A stretch of 57,576 bases of DNA from Octopus sinensis (taxonomy: Eukaryota), in the NCBI RefSeq assembly GCF_006345805.1, contig NW_021834819.1:1-57576 (forward strand). Reading direction: 5' to 3'. The first letter of the stretch is position 1, and each line of letters starts with the position of its first letter. Positions 54,520 through 57,576 of the stretch are shown in pieces. Both the position numbers and the translations under genes were made by a program. Below the pieces are notes generated by a model. It was not told the DNA's origin. It made no database searches and saw only the letters and a list, made by a program, of their open reading frames with translations.

Positions 54520-54940
54520 ATATTAAATTAGAGATAAAACCACTATTAGGCAAATCATAAATGAAAAAACTAAGCCAATACATAAGATTATTTAATTTAT
54601 ATTATTTAAATATATAACAAAATTATTTAAAAAATATAATTAATATAACACTACGATCATTCATGGCTGTTAATTTCTTTAAATTTTTCGAGTTACAGTC
54701 ATTCATCAGGTGGTTTAAACCTCGCCAAGTTAAATATTTAACCACCCGATGAATGACTGTAACTCGAAAATTTAAAGAAATTAACAGCCATGAAACGATC
54801 GTAGCGTTATATTAATTATATTTTTAAAATAATTTTGTTATATATTTAAATAATATAAATTAAATAATCTTATGTATGGGCTTAAGTTTTTTTTTTGTAT
54901 GATTTGCCTAATAGTGGTTTTATCTCTTACTTAATATAAT
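54520..54940. mobile_element. ~200-bp-arm inverted pair of the 40.2-kb element, one hammerhead motif per arm (54649-54712 minus, 54743-54806 plus)
   Basis: Arms flank the short spacer CCTCGCCAAGTTAAATA. The minus arm has CUGAUGA but a damaged GAAAC; the plus arm has CCGAUGA, an intact GAAACGAUCGUA and a stem I mismatch. Confidence 0.8.
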
Positions 54941-55108
54941 ATAATATTTTACTATAAAATTGGATTCAATCCTAATCTGATTTTCCCTGTAAGTTTGGAT
55001 TTATTCCCTAATATTTATTATTATATATATATATTATATATATATATATAGATATATATATATATATATATATTATATGTATGTATGTATGTATATGTAT
55101 ATGTATAT

Positions 55109-55139
<31 letters not shown>

Positions 55140-55566
55140 ATGTATGTATGTAAGGTAGGTAGGTTGGTAAATATGTATGTGTGCACATATAGACGTATGT
55201 GTATTATGAGTTAGTAAACCGTGTTGTATAGACCTGGTTGTTTACCAGTAAAACACATTCATGTTCTCAGTGTTCATCGGGTATTTGATTAGTGAGAGAG
55301 AAGGATGATAGAAGATATGATAATGTTTATTGATCACCACAATTGTTTCGACCCATCTAGCATTGATTCCTCACGGATGGGATACAAGTTGTAATCACCC
55401 GAAGAGACACATCTACACCCACGGATACACCTAATCCAGATGTTCAGTACCTCAACCATGAGGAATCAATGCTAGATACATCGAAGCAACTCAAGTAATC
55501 AATAAACATATTTGTATCTGCCATCTTCCGTCTCTCTCATTAATAATCATACATACAGGCATACAC

Positions 55567-55615
<49 letters not shown>

Positions 55616-55676
55616 TGCATGCACAAACATGCATACTTATGTGTGTGTGGTATGTATGTATGTATGTATTTATTTA

Positions 55677-56823
55677 AGAGGTTTGATCAATAAGTATCCG
55701 GACTGTTGCCATAGTAACGAAGCTATAGCACACAGAGTAAAGCCATTCGACACAGATTGACGGTGACCTCTGCTGTGCATGTGCACTAAGCTTTAACGTT
55801 CTAGCTTACTTCCGCTGTTTACAGCAGTGCTTGGAAGGAAGGTGTGTAGCGTGTGATCGCTCAAATTGACCATGACAGAGAAAGTTGTCATGGCGATACC
55901 TGCTGAGAGGCCTACGCAAAGTTGCAGAAAGTGTGTGGAGAGGAGTGTATGAGTCGCACACAAGTGTACGAGTGGTTCAGGCGTTTCCAAGTTGGCCGAA
56001 AATATGTCGATATTGACGAACGTTCTGGAAGATCTGCGACCAACAGAACTGAGAAAAGCATCGCAGATGTGGGTGCAGCTGTGAGGAGAAATCATTGAAT
56101 CACCAATCCGTGACTTATCAGAGGATGTACGTATTAGTTACAGTTCAGTTCAGTCCATTACCACTGAAGATTTGGGTATGAGACGCGTGTCTGTCAACTT
56201 TGAGCCAAAACTGCTTTCAGTTGGCCAAAAGGACATTCGTGCTTCAGTTACACAAGATCTCCTTTATTGTGTCCAGAAAGATGAGCACTTTTTGAAAACT
56301 TTACGTAGGTCTCTGAGCAGGTATCGCCAAGCTTTTGGCAAAATTTGATGTAGATTCTCAGCTCAATTTTCTCGGTCATGGTCAATGCGATGGTCACACG
56401 TTACACATCTTCCTTAGGCGGCGAGCTGGCAGAAACGTTAGCACGCCCGGGCGAAATGCGTAGCCATATTTCGTCTGTCGTTAAGTTCTGAGTTCAAATT
56501 ACGCCGAGGTCGGACTTTGCCTTTCATCCTTTCGGGGTCGATAAATTAAGTACCAGTTACGCACTGGGGTCGATGTAATCGATTAATACCTATGTCTGTC
56601 CTTGTTTGTCCCCTCTGTCTTTAGCCCCTTGTGGGTAATAAAGAAATAAGTTACACATCTTCCTTCCAAGCACTACTGTAAACAGCGGAAGTGGGCTAGA
56701 ACATTAAAAGTTACTGCGCATGCACAGCAGAGTTTTAGGTCAATCTGTGCCAAGCGGCTTCACTCTGTGTGCTTTAGCTTAGTTACTATGGCACCAGTTC
56801 GGATACTTATTGATCAGATCACG
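55677..56823. mobile_element. Foldback mariner derivative made of two inverted 5' ends, with a SINE C insertion
   Basis: Arms share the terminal repeat, 5' UTR and transposase start (MTEK...GDTC.E.Y), with TA at both ends. The left arm continues through the HTH (ECMSRTQVYEWFRRF...DERSGR). Junction at ~56284. Confidence 0.87.
56416..56649 (+). mobile_element. SINE family C, full length
   Basis: 16-bp TSD GTTACACATCTTCCTT (56400-56415, 56650-56665). Confidence 0.93.
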
Positions 56824-57054
56824 TATGTATGTATGTATTTAAAAAAAATAAACGATTGCAGTGTGGAAGACATAAGTTACTCATTGAAAAACACACAGAC
56901 ACGTTGACTTCCCTTAAACATATTGATTGATTGATTGATTGATTCTAGTTTCAGCTCATGAGCTGTGGCCATGCTGGGGCACGTTTGGAATTTGGTGTTA
57001 AAATACTCGCCGCTCGAAACCGCTACCTGTTCGCTGACAAGAAAAAATGCGCTG

Positions 57055-57144
57055 CATTACACACACGCATGCAAACACGTACGCACACACGCGCACGCAC
57101 GCACACACACACACACGCACACAAACACACACACACGCACACAA

Positions 57145-57178
<34 letters not shown>

Positions 57179-57380
57179 CCACACACACATACACACACAC
57201 ACGCACACGCACACACGCACACACATACGCACACGCACATACACACACGCACACAAACACACACACACACACACACACACAACACACACACATACACACA
57301 CACATACACACACACATACACACACACACATACACACGCGCACACAACCACACACACACGCACACAAACACACGCACACA
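57055..57380. repeat. (CA)n/(CACG) microsatellite
   Basis: Direct reading of the sequence. Confidence 0.95.
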
Positions 57381-57576
57381 TTAGAATTAGAATTTCACTC
57401 ACGTAAAAACGCATTCTCCCATATTGGTATGTATATATATGTGAATGTATTAATAAATGCAAGATTGTGCGCATGTGCACGTATGCGTATAGCATGCATG
57501 CTTATTAAAAGTAAAAGCAAAAAAAACAAAAAAACAAACAAACAAAAAGAAGCAAAAAAAAAAACCCCAGACAATA

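Overview
Animal (eukaryotic) non-coding DNA, AT-rich and almost entirely made of repeats. I found no host exon, rRNA, true tRNA or CRISPR array. The SINE families and microsatellite load resemble octopus/coleoid cephalopod DNA (inference from memory of these repeats, not a database match). Contents: four tRNA-headed SINE families (called A, A', B, C here), 3' fragments of RTE-clade LINEs, four non-autonomous Helitrons, a decayed full-length mariner, several TIR MITE/foldback elements, a Penelope-like GIY-YIG endonuclease fragment and long microsatellites. The ORF track is mostly microsatellite translation. The main hidden signal is a set of type I hammerhead ribozyme (HHR) motifs. The best case is a 363-bp tandem array (21063-22761) with one HHR per unit, carrying a covarying U3-A8 core pair and a 5' inverted copy, inserted in (TA)n. 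This is the architecture of a non-LTR retrozyme / Penelope pseudo-LTR array predicted to release ~363-nt self-cleaved, possibly circular, RNA. Several further HHR-bearing elements of different sequence lie at ~22.9, 29.4, 29.8, 34.5, 40.3, 42.9 and 54.7 kb. All RNA structures were folded by eye and are untested.
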